This document shows positions 41,011-52,270 of a stretch of 64,000 nucleotides of DNA, piece after piece. The stretch's first letter is position 1; every line of letters starts with the position of its first letter. Both the position numbers and the translations under genes were made by a program. The notes below the pieces were generated by a model that saw nothing but the letters and a program-made list of their open reading frames with translations, was not told where the DNA came from and did no database searches. Source of the stretch: an uncultured SAR86 cluster bacterium (GTDB lineage: Bacteria; Pseudomonadota; Gammaproteobacteria; Magnimaribacterales; D2472); the NCBI GenBank assembly GCA_902520725.1, contig CABYPB010000005.1, positions 1,612 through 65,611 of the forward strand, given 5' to 3'.

Positions 41011-41976
41011 ATGAAAAAATATAACTTTATTTCGTCAGCACGCAGAACTCTAAAGATTGAATCAGAATCAATATCTTCAATTAGTAAACAACTTGATGAA
41101 TCTTTCACTAGCCTTTGCGATAAAGTCATTACAAGTAAAGGTAAGTTTGTCATCATGGGTGTTGGTAAATCTGGTCATATTGCTCAGAAGATATCTGCAA
41201 CATTATCAAGCACTGGAACTCCCTCCATATTTATACATCCTACAGAGGCAGCTCACGGAGATATGGGGCTTATTAATAAAAAAGATATTGTGATGTTGAT
41301 ATCTAATTCTGGAGAAACTGACGAAATCATAGACATCCTTAATTCTTTAAAAAGACATGCTAAAGAAATAGTGTCTTTGACAAGCAATAATAAATCTTCA
41401 ATTGCAAAATTTGCAGATATTAAAATTGAGCTGAAGTCTAAAAAAGAAGCCTGTCCATTAAATCTAGCTCCTACAACTTCTACAACAAATGCTTTAGCAT
41501 TTGGAGATGCTTTAGCAATTGCACTTTTAGAAGCAAAAGGCTTCACTAAAAATGACTTTGCTTCTTCTCACCCTGCTGGAAAATTGGGAAAGAAATTAAT
41601 AACTCAGGTTCAAGATCTTATGCACAAAGGAAATTCAATTCCAAAAGTTTCACAAAACACAGTCCTAGATAAAGCCTTATTAGAGATAACAAAGAAAAAT
41701 CTAGGTATAACACTTGTTTTGGATAAGCTTAAGGTTGTGGGGATATTTACCGATGGTGATCTAAGAAGGTGTATAAACAATAAAATTGATATTCAAAAAA
41801 CAAAAATAAAAGATGTAATGACAAAGTCTTATAAGACCATAAGCTCAAAGTCATTAGCAGTTGATGCAGCTAAAATAATGGAAAAAAATAAAATATTTAC
41901 TTTGGTGGTCTTAGATAAAAGAAAATATGTTGGCGTCATTTCGATGCATGATTTAGTTGAAGCAAGGATACTTTAG
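41011..41976 (+). CDS. kdsD: Arabinose-5-phosphate isomerase (KpsF/GutQ family, SIS + CBS)
   Basis: GVGKSGHIA, HPTEAAHGDMG, CPLNLAPT, HPAGKLG and GIFTDGDLRR motifs; start refined to ATG 41011. Confidence 0.95.
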   Translation: MKKYNFISSARRTLKIESESISSISKQLDESFTSLCDKVITSKGKFVIMGVGKSGHIAQKISATLSSTGTPSIFIHPTEAAHGDMGLINKKDIVMLISNSGETDEIIDILNSLKRHAKEIVSLTSNNKSSIAKFADIKIELKSKKEACPLNLAPTTSTTNALAFGDALAIALLEAKGFTKNDFASSHPAGKLGKKLITQVQDLMHKGNSIPKVSQNTVLDKALLEITKKNLGITLVLDKLKVVGIFTDGDLRRCINNKIDIQKTKIKDVMTKSYKTISSKSLAVDAAKIMEKNKIFTLVVLDKRKYVGVISMHDLVEARIL

Positions 41977-42387
41977 TTGAAAAATAAATTTTTAGTTACT
42001 TTTGGAATTCTCTTTTTTTCAATAACATTGGTATCTGAATATAATAACGATATAAAAATTAAGTCCGGCACTATAGAATTTATTAAAGAGTCTAATAAAA
42101 TAAATTTCTTAAATGATGTGGTTATCGATTCAGAATTTGTAAAAATTGTGGCTGAATCAGCAATTTATGACAACATTAACAGTGTGATATCACTCTTAGG
42201 TTCTCCTTCTTTAATAAGTTCAAATAAACAAGACAATATATTTGATGGTAAGGCAGAAAAAATATTATTTTTTAATGATGAAAAAGTCCATCTAATAGGA
42301 AACGCATCAATGAAATATGAAAATATATCTATATCTTCAAATATTATAATTTTTAATCCACAAACAGGAAATATTTCTTCAGATTAG
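41977..42387 (+). CDS. lptA: LptA/OstA-family periplasmic LPS transport protein (short)
   Basis: N-terminal hydrophobic segment and beta-jellyroll pattern (I.A..A.Y, G.A.KI, L.GNA); directly upstream of lptB; TTG start. Confidence 0.65.
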   Translation: MKNKFLVTFGILFFSITLVSEYNNDIKIKSGTIEFIKESNKINFLNDVVIDSEFVKIVAESAIYDNINSVISLLGSPSLISSNKQDNIFDGKAEKILFFNDEKVHLIGNASMKYENISISSNIIIFNPQTGNISSD

Positions 42388-42394
42388 ATAAATT

Positions 42395-43108
42395 ATGTTA
42401 TCAGTTAATGAAATATCTAAATCAATAAAAGATAAAAAAATTCTAACTAAGTTAAGTTTTAAAGTTAATGCCGGTGAAATTTATGGATTGCTTGGGCCCA
42501 ATGGTGCTGGAAAGACAACAACTTTTTACATAATTGCTGGTTTAATCAGGCTTGAAGAAGGTCAAGTCTCTCTTCTAAATAATGACATTACAAATCTTCC
42601 AATGCATAAAAAATCTAAATTAGGTATTAAATACTTACCTCAAGAGCCATCAATTTTTCAGGGGTTAACAGTTTACGAAAATTTAAAGGGTTTGGCTGAG
42701 CTATCAATTAAATCCAATGAAGAGATAAAAGATTTTGTTGAGAAATCAATTGAAGAATTTGGCCTGGCTGATATAGCTAGTTTAAAAGGAAGACAGCTCT
42801 CAGGCGGTCAACGAAGAAAAGTTGAAATTGCAAGAACTTTAGCGGCTGATCCAAAGATTATACTTTTAGATGAGCCTTTTGCTGGTATTGATCCTCTTGC
42901 AATAGAAGATATTAAAGTTATTTTAGCCAATCTAGCCAAAAAAAATATAGGTATTTTAATAACAGACCATAACGTTCGGGAAACATTAGAGATATGTCAT
43001 AAGGCTGCAATTATAAATTGCGGTGAAATTATTGCAGAGGGTAATAAAAACGAACTAATAAATAATAAGCTAGTAAAGGAAACTTATCTTGGAAATATGT
43101 TTAGTTAA
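42395..43108 (+). CDS. lptB: LPS export ABC ATPase
   Basis: GPNGAGKTT, YLPQEPSIF, LSGGQRR, DEPFAGIDP and TDHNVRETL motifs. Confidence 0.96.
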   Translation: MLSVNEISKSIKDKKILTKLSFKVNAGEIYGLLGPNGAGKTTTFYIIAGLIRLEEGQVSLLNNDITNLPMHKKSKLGIKYLPQEPSIFQGLTVYENLKGLAELSIKSNEEIKDFVEKSIEEFGLADIASLKGRQLSGGQRRKVEIARTLAADPKIILLDEPFAGIDPLAIEDIKVILANLAKKNIGILITDHNVRETLEICHKAAIINCGEIIAEGNKNELINNKLVKETYLGNMFS

Positions 43109-43110
43109 AA

Positions 43111-44379
43111 ATGAGTATTCTGCTCTCAAAAAATCTCAAACAAAAACAAAACGTAACACTTACGCCCTCTTTAAAAAAATCAATTGACCTTTTGCAATTA
43201 TCAAGATTTGAGCTAATAAAAAAAATTGAAAGGGTAATCGATGAAAATCCATTTCTTCAAAAAGAAAAAGATACAAGTGAAATTGAGGGTTCTTATAACC
43301 AAGACTTTGATTTTGATTGTGAATCAAGAGTAACTTTACATGAAAACTTAATTAAACAACTGGTTGATTTCGATTTGAATAAAAAACAAATTGAGCTTTC
43401 AACAATCATAATAGGTTGTATTGATGAAAATGGAATGCTGGTTGATGAAATAGATGAAATCGAGGAGCTATCAAATCACATATTTAACAGAAATGAAATT
43501 GAAGAAATGCTTAAGAATGTAATTCAGAAAATGAGTCCTTGTGGTGTTGGGTACAGAAATCATAAAGAGTGTATAGAAATACAAATAAATAGTAGAGATA
43601 TTTCAAATAAAATTAAATCATTAGCAATGAAAATCTTATTTAATGAGAGTCTAGATGATTTGAGTTCCATCAAAGAGATTTTAATTAACCAAGGGGAGTC
43701 TCAGAGAAGTATTAATGAGGCAATTAGTGAGATAAAAAAATGTGATCTTAGTCCCGGACTTAACTTTGAAAAAATTAAATTTATAGAGCCAGACCTTCGA
43801 ATCAGCCTAAAAGAAAAAGCTTATCAAGTAGATTTTATTCAAGAAAGTTTTCCATTAATAAAAACAGATGATGAGCTTATAAATCAAGTTAAAAAAGAAC
43901 TTAAAAATAATAAAAATACTGAGTTATTAGAAAAAATCAATGAGGCTAAATGGCTAATGACTTCTGTGAAAAAGAGGAATGATACAGTTAAAAAGGTTGG
44001 AGAGTATGTTTGCTCTAGACAAATATCATTTTTTGATAATAATCCTCTTAAAATAAATGCATTAAATAATAAAGAAATTGCAAATGAAATTGGCGTTCAT
44101 CCTTCGACTGTTTCAAGAATATTAAGATACAAATATATTGAAACTCCTAAAGGTGTTATACCCTTAAAATCACTTTTGGTATCATCAGTTTCTAGAATTA
44201 GAGATATTTCAGATCTTCAATTAATGAAATTAATTGAAGATGTTATTCATTCTGAGAAAAAGCCCAAAAGTGATAAGAAAATCGCAATTGAGTTGAATAA
44301 AAAAGGTTATGGATTAGCAAGAAGAACTATTTCAAAGTACAGAAAAAAAAGCAATATTCCTTCGTCAAGGAACAGATAA
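43111..44379 (+). CDS. rpoN: RNA polymerase sigma-54 factor
   Basis: Region I LTPSLKKSIDLLQL, HTH HPSTVSR, RpoN box ARRTISKYR; follows lptB. Confidence 0.93.
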   Translation: MSILLSKNLKQKQNVTLTPSLKKSIDLLQLSRFELIKKIERVIDENPFLQKEKDTSEIEGSYNQDFDFDCESRVTLHENLIKQLVDFDLNKKQIELSTIIIGCIDENGMLVDEIDEIEELSNHIFNRNEIEEMLKNVIQKMSPCGVGYRNHKECIEIQINSRDISNKIKSLAMKILFNESLDDLSSIKEILINQGESQRSINEAISEIKKCDLSPGLNFEKIKFIEPDLRISLKEKAYQVDFIQESFPLIKTDDELINQVKKELKNNKNTELLEKINEAKWLMTSVKKRNDTVKKVGEYVCSRQISFFDNNPLKINALNNKEIANEIGVHPSTVSRILRYKYIETPKGVIPLKSLLVSSVSRIRDISDLQLMKLIEDVIHSEKKPKSDKKIAIELNKKGYGLARRTISKYRKKSNIPSSRNR

Positions 44380-44401
44380 TTTTATAAGTTAAAATCATTG
44401 T

Positions 44402-45742
44402 ATGGACAGCATTAAAAACAAAGATAATCTCAAAATCATACTTGATGATTCTCCTAATTTATCTTTGAATCAAATTAGAGATTTGCTTTCTAAAATGTCA
44501 TCATCTGAAATAGCTCATGCATTAGAATCCTCTCCCCCTAAACAAAGAAATCTTTTATTTTCTTTATTAAAAACTGAAGAAGAAGGCGATGTGTTATTTG
44601 AATTAGGTGAAGAGATTCAACAAGATTTAATATCAAATATTTCAAATGAAGAACTAAGCGAGGCCGTAAAAGAACTTGAGCTTGATGAAATTGTAGATAT
44701 TCTTCAGAACCTGCCTGAAGAAAGAATGAAAAAAATTCTTTCTAATATGTCTATGGTAGATAGACAAAGGATTGAGATGGGTTTAACTTTTCCAGAAAAT
44801 ACAGCTGGAGGACTTCTCAATACAGATGTAATTAGTGTAAGACCAGGTAATTCGATTAAAGAAGTTATTAGTTACCTAAGAGATTTAGGTAAATTACCAG
44901 ACAACACAGATAAAATATTTGTAGTGAATAATCAAAATGAATATTTGGGTGAGCTATTAATTAGTGAAATTATTACTTCTAACCCGTCAATGAGAGTTAA
45001 TGAAATAATGGAAACAGAAATATCACCTATATCAGCTGATCTCGATGATAAAGAGGTAGCAACACTCTTTGAAAGAAATGATTTAATCTCTTCCTCTGTT
45101 ATAAATGAAAATGGCAAACTAATTGGAAGGATTACAATTGATGACGTTTTAGATGTTATCAGAGAAGATGCTGATCAGAATTTGCTAGGAATGGCTGGTG
45201 TCGCTGAAGATACTTTTGCGCCGCCCGGAAGAGCTGCAAAAAGTAGGGTCTTTTGGCTAAGCATGAATTTGGTAACGGCATTTATTGCTGCAAGCACAAT
45301 TAATATTTTCCAAGATGTTATTGATAAAATAGTATATCTGGCAATCCTAATGCCTATTGTAGCAAGTATGGGTGGAGTGGCAGCTACTCAAACATTGACA
45401 ATAGTATTAAGAGGTTTAACCCTTGAGCAAATCAATTCCTCAAATATAAGATGGCTATTTAAAAGAGAGTTAGCCGTTTCTATATTGAATGGTATTGTTC
45501 TTTCAATATTAGTAGGCTTAATAACCTATGGGTGGTTTAAAGATCTAACAATCGCTTTGTTGATATCATGTGCATTAGTAATAAATCTCATAAGCTCTGT
45601 TATTGCAGGTATTTTGGTTCCACTAATTCTTAGAAAATTTAAACAGGATCCTGCAATTGGCGGCAGCGTAGTTGTTACTACAGTTACAGATGTAGTGGGT
45701 TTCTTTTCATTTCTAGGTTTAGCTACAATATATTTAGTTTAA
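44402..45742 (+). CDS. mgtE: Magnesium transporter MgtE
   Basis: N-domain plus CBS pair; GRITIDD, LMPIVASMGG, DPA and TTVTDVVGF motifs. Confidence 0.96.
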   Translation: MDSIKNKDNLKIILDDSPNLSLNQIRDLLSKMSSSEIAHALESSPPKQRNLLFSLLKTEEEGDVLFELGEEIQQDLISNISNEELSEAVKELELDEIVDILQNLPEERMKKILSNMSMVDRQRIEMGLTFPENTAGGLLNTDVISVRPGNSIKEVISYLRDLGKLPDNTDKIFVVNNQNEYLGELLISEIITSNPSMRVNEIMETEISPISADLDDKEVATLFERNDLISSSVINENGKLIGRITIDDVLDVIREDADQNLLGMAGVAEDTFAPPGRAAKSRVFWLSMNLVTAFIAASTINIFQDVIDKIVYLAILMPIVASMGGVAATQTLTIVLRGLTLEQINSSNIRWLFKRELAVSILNGIVLSILVGLITYGWFKDLTIALLISCALVINLISSVIAGILVPLILRKFKQDPAIGGSVVVTTVTDVVGFFSFLGLATIYLV

Positions 45743-48088
45743 TCTTTCAATTATCGGCTCATCAACTGATCCTTTAACTTTAAATTTAAAAGTTGATACA
45801 TCATCAAGACTATCTTCAAATATATTCTCTAATACAATACCTCCAGCCAATGCAGGAATTCCTCCAAAAATTGCAGCATACCAAGGTATATTCTCAGAAA
45901 CTCTCAACCTCATTTCTAAATCTAAGTTCAAGTCCTCTAAAATATTATCTGAGTTTTTTATTATTTCTCCTGTCCACCTCATGTTAGCCTCTGAAGTTTC
46001 TAGTTTGATTGGTTTTCTTATTAAAGCTCTATTTTGTCCAACATAAAAGTCTCCTTCAGCTCTATTTATCACTAAATTTTTGGATGCAATATTAGTTTCA
46101 TTACTTATATTTTCAAAGATAGCATTTAAATTAAAAACTTTAAGCGCTCTTAAAAATGCAGAATCAGGCAAAGAAGTCTCTGATTTGAAGCCTTTAATAA
46201 GAAATTTTATATTTCCCTCTAAATTTTTTAATTCATTTAAGCTGATCCACTGGATATTTAGATCTGTAGATACATATTCCAAATCATAATTTATAAAGTT
46301 TCTAAGTAAATTATTTGTATTCTTAATTTCATATGAGCCTCTAACTTTATATAAATCTTTAGTTTTGTCATAACTTAGGTATGCTTTATCGTTGTTGTTA
46401 TATTGGCCAATGTTAAAGTTTTGACTTTTTATTTTTATGTCATCAATGGTAGTAATCTTTTCGTTTCTTAAAAGATAAAAATCAATATCTTGGAAGGTAT
46501 CATCATAGGTTTGTATATTCTTTCCAATGAAACGTAATTTTATATTTGAAGGATTTAAAGATTCATTAGATTCAATGATATCAATTCCACGAAATTCAAA
46601 TTTAGTATCAAAAACTTTAATTTTAGTAAACCCTGTTTTATCTGTTTTTATCTGACCATTAAGATCTTTTCCTGAAAAGGAGGCATTTAAAATATTATTA
46701 TTAATATCAAACTTAAATAATTGATCCTTATAAATATTTTCAAAAAAATTTAATTCTTTCACAAGTAAATTGATTGACAGTAGATTGGGTGAATTATTTA
46801 TCTGATCATTACTAAAAGATAATTTATTGATATCAAATTTATCAATTGTAAGAAATATATAGAATCCTTTTTTAAAATCTAAAGACTTAATTTGTTGTTC
46901 AAAAGAATTTCCAAATGAGAAATATCCATTATTATTAGGACCTATATAAGATTTAAATTGATTATTATTAATTAAATAAGTTGGGTTTGATAAATCTTCT
47001 ATCTTAATATTTGTGATTAGTTTTTTATTGAGGTCTTTATTTAAATCATCAATAATCGAGGTAATTTTTGTTTTGGAAAGATCTGTTTTTAAATCAAGGG
47101 AAACTAAATTATTATCAATAGTTAATACCCCATCAAACTCTTCCAACCCGTCTAAGATTAAGTATTCTTCGTAATCAATCATTTCATTCATTTCAAATTT
47201 TAATTTTGATCTTAATATGATCTTTTGATTATTTACTGAAATAGAGCCTTTTATAGCTTGATCTGGTATGTTGGCATTAAATAATCCAAAAAGGCTATCA
47301 TCGATGCTAGTATGCATAATCAAATCTATATTTTTTATTGAATAATTAGTTTGAGTAATAAGATTAGATTGATTAAAACTATACTTATTTAAGCTTTTCA
47401 AAGTTTCTGATTTGGTGTCAAAATATCCTTTAGAAGTGAGTTCTAAGTTTATTTTATATTCTGAGAATGCATCCAAATTAATAAGGTTTTCATTTTTTAT
47501 AATCTTATCATCGAGATTTAATATTGACGAATAAAAGATTTTATTCGAATTAAATTTATTAAAAATATTTAGTTGCTTAAATGGGATATCATTTAACTCT
47601 CCTCTATTAAAAATAACAGAAATATTTCCTTCATTATTATTCACGAAAGTGTCTAGTGCATTGATGCTTATTGTTTCAGATTTTAAATCTATTTTATTAA
47701 TAGCTAATCTCAGGGTGCTTTTATCATCCGAATCAGAATTATTTAAATATGAGAAGTTTTGAATTGTTAAAAAATTTAGATTCACATATCCCTTTCTTAA
47801 AGTCTTGATAAGACTAATACCAAGTCCTATATTTTCAGCTTTAAATATTTCTTTATTATTTAAATCTAAAATTGTAATTTGATTAAAATTAATGTCTGGG
47901 GATAAAAAATTAAAATCTGAATCTACGCTTTGGTAATTAATACTATAGCTATTTTTAGAAAGCTGGTTAGCTAAGAATATTAAATTTGAAGGTTTTTTAA
48001 TGAGTGCTGTATAGGTTAATCCAATTAAAAACAAAGAAATTATTGATATAGATAAGGAGTAAATAAATATCTTCTTAAGCAAGATCAT
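45734..48088 (-). CDS. YhdP-like AsmA-superfamily protein (shortened, 784 aa)
   Basis: N-terminal TM; beta-rich body; C-terminal PWYAAIFGG.PALAGG...FKFKVKGSVDEP matches the AsmA2/YhdP C-terminus; downstream of mreD. Confidence 0.7.
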   Translation of the reverse strand: MILLKKIFIYSLSISIISLFLIGLTYTALIKKPSNLIFLANQLSKNSYSINYQSVDSDFNFLSPDINFNQITILDLNNKEIFKAENIGLGISLIKTLRKGYVNLNFLTIQNFSYLNNSDSDDKSTLRLAINKIDLKSETISINALDTFVNNNEGNISVIFNRGELNDIPFKQLNIFNKFNSNKIFYSSILNLDDKIIKNENLINLDAFSEYKINLELTSKGYFDTKSETLKSLNKYSFNQSNLITQTNYSIKNIDLIMHTSIDDSLFGLFNANIPDQAIKGSISVNNQKIILRSKLKFEMNEMIDYEEYLILDGLEEFDGVLTIDNNLVSLDLKTDLSKTKITSIIDDLNKDLNKKLITNIKIEDLSNPTYLINNNQFKSYIGPNNNGYFSFGNSFEQQIKSLDFKKGFYIFLTIDKFDINKLSFSNDQINNSPNLLSINLLVKELNFFENIYKDQLFKFDINNNILNASFSGKDLNGQIKTDKTGFTKIKVFDTKFEFRGIDIIESNESLNPSNIKLRFIGKNIQTYDDTFQDIDFYLLRNEKITTIDDIKIKSQNFNIGQYNNNDKAYLSYDKTKDLYKVRGSYEIKNTNNLLRNFINYDLEYVSTDLNIQWISLNELKNLEGNIKFLIKGFKSETSLPDSAFLRALKVFNLNAIFENISNETNIASKNLVINRAEGDFYVGQNRALIRKPIKLETSEANMRWTGEIIKNSDNILEDLNLDLEMRLRVSENIPWYAAIFGGIPALAGGIVLENIFEDSLDDVSTFKFKVKGSVDEPIIERLN

Positions 48089-48090
48089 GT

Positions 48091-48564
48091 CTATATTTTT
48101 AGTCTAAATATTTTAGGGAAATAAGAGGATAATATTGTAATTAATATACAAAAAATTATATTGAAAAAGGAGCTCACTAAGAGAGTTAAATATGAAAAGT
48201 TATAAATATTTAAAACTAGCTGAGTGAATCCCACATATGCTGCTGCGGAAAAGCCAAAAAATAAACAAATTTGTAAGTATGAAAAAATTTTAAATGCATT
48301 TGAATAAGAATTAATTGAATAGGTAATAAGGCAAAATAATATTGCATTAAGGCCAAAGTAGAAGCCGTGAACCAAATCGACTAATAGTCCAAATAGAAAA
48401 GCTTCAACCGGACTGAAATTTGAATCAGCTCTATATACGTAAAAGGAGTATCCCAAAAAAGTTAGTGGAAGAATTATAAAAAAGTTAGATAAAGTAGAAG
48501 CAATATTAATTTCAATGTAGCTTAATATCGATAGAAAGATTATTTTCTTCATAATTTCTTTCAT
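48091..48564 (-). CDS. mreD: Rod shape-determining protein MreD
   Basis: Hydrophobic; AFLFGLLVDL.G..FGLNA motif; follows mreC. Confidence 0.85.
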   Translation of the reverse strand: MKEIMKKIIFLSILSYIEINIASTLSNFFIILPLTFLGYSFYVYRADSNFSPVEAFLFGLLVDLVHGFYFGLNAILFCLITYSINSYSNAFKIFSYLQICLFFGFSAAAYVGFTQLVLNIYNFSYLTLLVSSFFNIIFCILITILSSYFPKIFRLKI

Positions 48565-49403
48565 TAGTTTTTGAAAACTCCAAATATGTCATCATCTAAA
48601 GGATTTGCTGACAACGCTATTTCAACTTCTCTGAGATTAGGTGATATATCTAAAATATTAATAACGTTGCCTACTTCAATATTTTTTGGAAATATGCCTC
48701 CTAATCCAGATGTGTAAAATGTCTTAGTTAATATAATTTCTTCATCCCAAATTAATGGATTATACGAACAAATAATAATGTTGGCTCTCCCACTTCCCTT
48801 TGCATTACAAAAAAAACTATCTGAAATAGATTTGATTGGTATTGAATGGGAAACATCTGTCAAAAGTATAACCTCAAAATATTTACCGTCATTTGATATT
48901 TGGCCAACAATGCCTGATTTATTAAAAACTACACTTTCTAAATAGTTTTGTTCTTTTTTGTTAGAAATAAATTCAATATACATCCTATGCGTGTCACAAC
49001 ATCTAAAAATATTTGGATTGATATTTTTTAATTTTGCTAACGAATAATTAGCTTTATTTTCTTTATCCAATGAAGGATATTTAAGAATATTATCATCTTT
49101 GTAAAAACTATTTTCTCTAGAGATTAAGTAATTATTTAAATAGCTAGCATCTAATGCTTTTTTTAAATCCTTATTTTCCTCTAATAAAACTCTTTTAGAC
49201 TTTGTAAGATTTAAAAAATCTATTACAGGGTCAATTGAGATATTTTTTAAAATATAAACACTTGAAATTTTTAAAGATTTGTAACCATATTTAATTTCTT
49301 TGAAGGTATTGGTATTAATATCTACATATAAAATACAAAATCCAAAAGATACTAATAAAAGGTATAGAATTTTTTGACCAGGGGTTGGCGTAATCCTAGC
49401 CAT
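48564..49403 (-). CDS. mreC: Rod shape-determining protein MreC (divergent)
   Basis: TM, LLEEN coiled coil, GIVGQI, V.LLTD and TSGLGGIFP motifs. Confidence 0.9.
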   Translation of the reverse strand: MARITPTPGQKILYLLLVSFGFCILYVDINTNTFKEIKYGYKSLKISSVYILKNISIDPVIDFLNLTKSKRVLLEENKDLKKALDASYLNNYLISRENSFYKDDNILKYPSLDKENKANYSLAKLKNINPNIFRCCDTHRMYIEFISNKKEQNYLESVVFNKSGIVGQISNDGKYFEVILLTDVSHSIPIKSISDSFFCNAKGSGRANIIICSYNPLIWDEEIILTKTFYTSGLGGIFPKNIEVGNVINILDISPNLREVEIALSANPLDDDIFGVFKN

Positions 49404-49408
49404 ATTTG

Positions 49409-50497
<1,089 letters not shown>

Positions 50498-50540
50498 TTA
50501 GGTTAATATCCCCCCACTAATCTATAATAATATCCTATAT

Positions 50541-50822
50541 ATGGACAAGAAAACAGTAACAACTATATCTTACTTATCAAGACTCAAAATTGATGCTGAA
50601 AAAGAAGAAAAAATAACAAATGATTTAGAGAGCATCATCGAATTTGTAGATAAATTGAATGATGTAGATACTTCTGACATAGAGCCTCTCACAAATCCTT
50701 TAGAAAAGACAGCAAAAACCAGAGATGATCAAGTTACATCAAAGAATTTAAAGAAAGAGTTACTTGAAATTGCGCCCTCCTCAAATGAAGATTATTTTTT
50801 AGTTCCAAGGGTTGTTGAGTGA
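50541..50822 (+). CDS. gatC: Asp/Glu-tRNA amidotransferase subunit C
   Basis: LSRL, I.EFV..L..VDT..IEP, RDD and YFLVPRVVE motifs. Confidence 0.95.
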   Translation: MDKKTVTTISYLSRLKIDAEKEEKITNDLESIIEFVDKLNDVDTSDIEPLTNPLEKTAKTRDDQVTSKNLKKELLEIAPSSNEDYFLVPRVVE

Positions 50823-52270
50823 CGATAAAATATAAAACAATCAAAGAAATAAAAAAAATGATATCTCAAAAAGAGATATCAAATAAAGAAATTGTGCAAG
50901 AAGTCTACAAACTGATAAATGAAAATTCTCATTTAAATGCATTTGTAACTCTTAATGAAGAAAATTCTCTAAAACAAGCGGATAATTTAGACAATAATCC
51001 GTCAGAAATGGCTTTGGCAGGAATCCCGATTGCTCAGAAAGATCTTTTTTGCACAAAAGGTCTAAGAACTACATGCGGTTCTAGAATTCTTGATAATTTT
51101 ATTCCTCCATACTCAGCAACTGTGATTGAAAACTTAGAAAATGCAGGCTGTATATCTGTTGGTAAAACAAATATGGATGAATTTGCAATGGGCTCATCAA
51201 ATGAGACAAGTTATTTTGGTAATGTTCATAATCCCTGGGGTGATAAATTGGTTCCTGGAGGTAGCTCTGGAGGGTCTGCTTCTGTTGTAGCAGCAGGCAT
51301 TGTGCCGGCGGCGTCTGGAACAGATACTGGTGGTTCTATAAGACAGCCTGCTTCTTTATGTGGAATAACTGGGCTTAAACCAACCTATGGGCGGGTATCA
51401 AGATGGGGAATGATAGCTTTTGCTTCAAGCCTTGACCAAGCCGGTCCTATGGCAAGAACAGTAGAAGATTGTGCATTGCTTCTTAATGAAATGTGTTCTC
51501 ATGATATAAAAGACACCACTTCTTTGGATGAAGATATACCTAATTTTGAAAATGATTTAAATCAGTCGTTAAAAGGTAAGAAGATTGGGGTTGTAAAAGA
51601 TCTTGATTTATCAAGCTTGGATAATGATGTCGTAAATGTATATGAAGACTCTCTAAACGAATTCGTTTCTCTTGGAGCTGAATTGAAAGATATTTCTTTG
51701 CCTAACCTCTCTTTGTCTGTTCCAACTTATTATGTTGTTGCACCAGCAGAGTGTTCCTCGAATTTATCTAGATTTGATGGAGTAAAATTTGGAAGAAGAT
51801 CAGAAAATCCAAAAGATCTAGAAGAGTTATATATTCAGACGAGATCAGAAGGTTTTGGCGATGAAGTAAAAAGAAGAATCTTAATAGGATCTTATGTTCT
51901 TTCTGCTGGATATTACGATGCTTATTATAAAAAAGCTCAACAAGTTAGAAGGCTGATAAAAAAAGATTTTGATGAGGCATTTTCTAATGTTGATGTAATT
52001 ATGACGCCTACAACAAGAGGTCCTGCATTTGAAATAGGTTCAAAAGGAAGTGATCCAATTCAAATGTATCTTGAAGATTTATTTACTATTTCTGCAAATC
52101 TTGCTGGATTGCCAGCAATGTCTCTTCCTAATGGAAACATTGATAAAAAGCCTATTGGTCTGCAAATAATTGGAAACTTTCTTGATGAAAGCACAATACT
52201 AAATTTTGGCCATATGTATCAAACCAAAACAAACTGGCATATGCTCACTCCTGATGGAGTAAAAGAATGA
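50819..52270 (+). CDS. gatA: Asp/Glu-tRNA amidotransferase subunit A
   Basis: KTNMDEFAMGSS, GGSSGGS, GTDTGGSIRQPA and EVKRRILIG motifs. Confidence 0.98.
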   Translation: MTIKYKTIKEIKKMISQKEISNKEIVQEVYKLINENSHLNAFVTLNEENSLKQADNLDNNPSEMALAGIPIAQKDLFCTKGLRTTCGSRILDNFIPPYSATVIENLENAGCISVGKTNMDEFAMGSSNETSYFGNVHNPWGDKLVPGGSSGGSASVVAAGIVPAASGTDTGGSIRQPASLCGITGLKPTYGRVSRWGMIAFASSLDQAGPMARTVEDCALLLNEMCSHDIKDTTSLDEDIPNFENDLNQSLKGKKIGVVKDLDLSSLDNDVVNVYEDSLNEFVSLGAELKDISLPNLSLSVPTYYVVAPAECSSNLSRFDGVKFGRRSENPKDLEELYIQTRSEGFGDEVKRRILIGSYVLSAGYYDAYYKKAQQVRRLIKKDFDEAFSNVDVIMTPTTRGPAFEIGSKGSDPIQMYLEDLFTISANLAGLPAMSLPNGNIDKKPIGLQIIGNFLDESTILNFGHMYQTKTNWHMLTPDGVKE

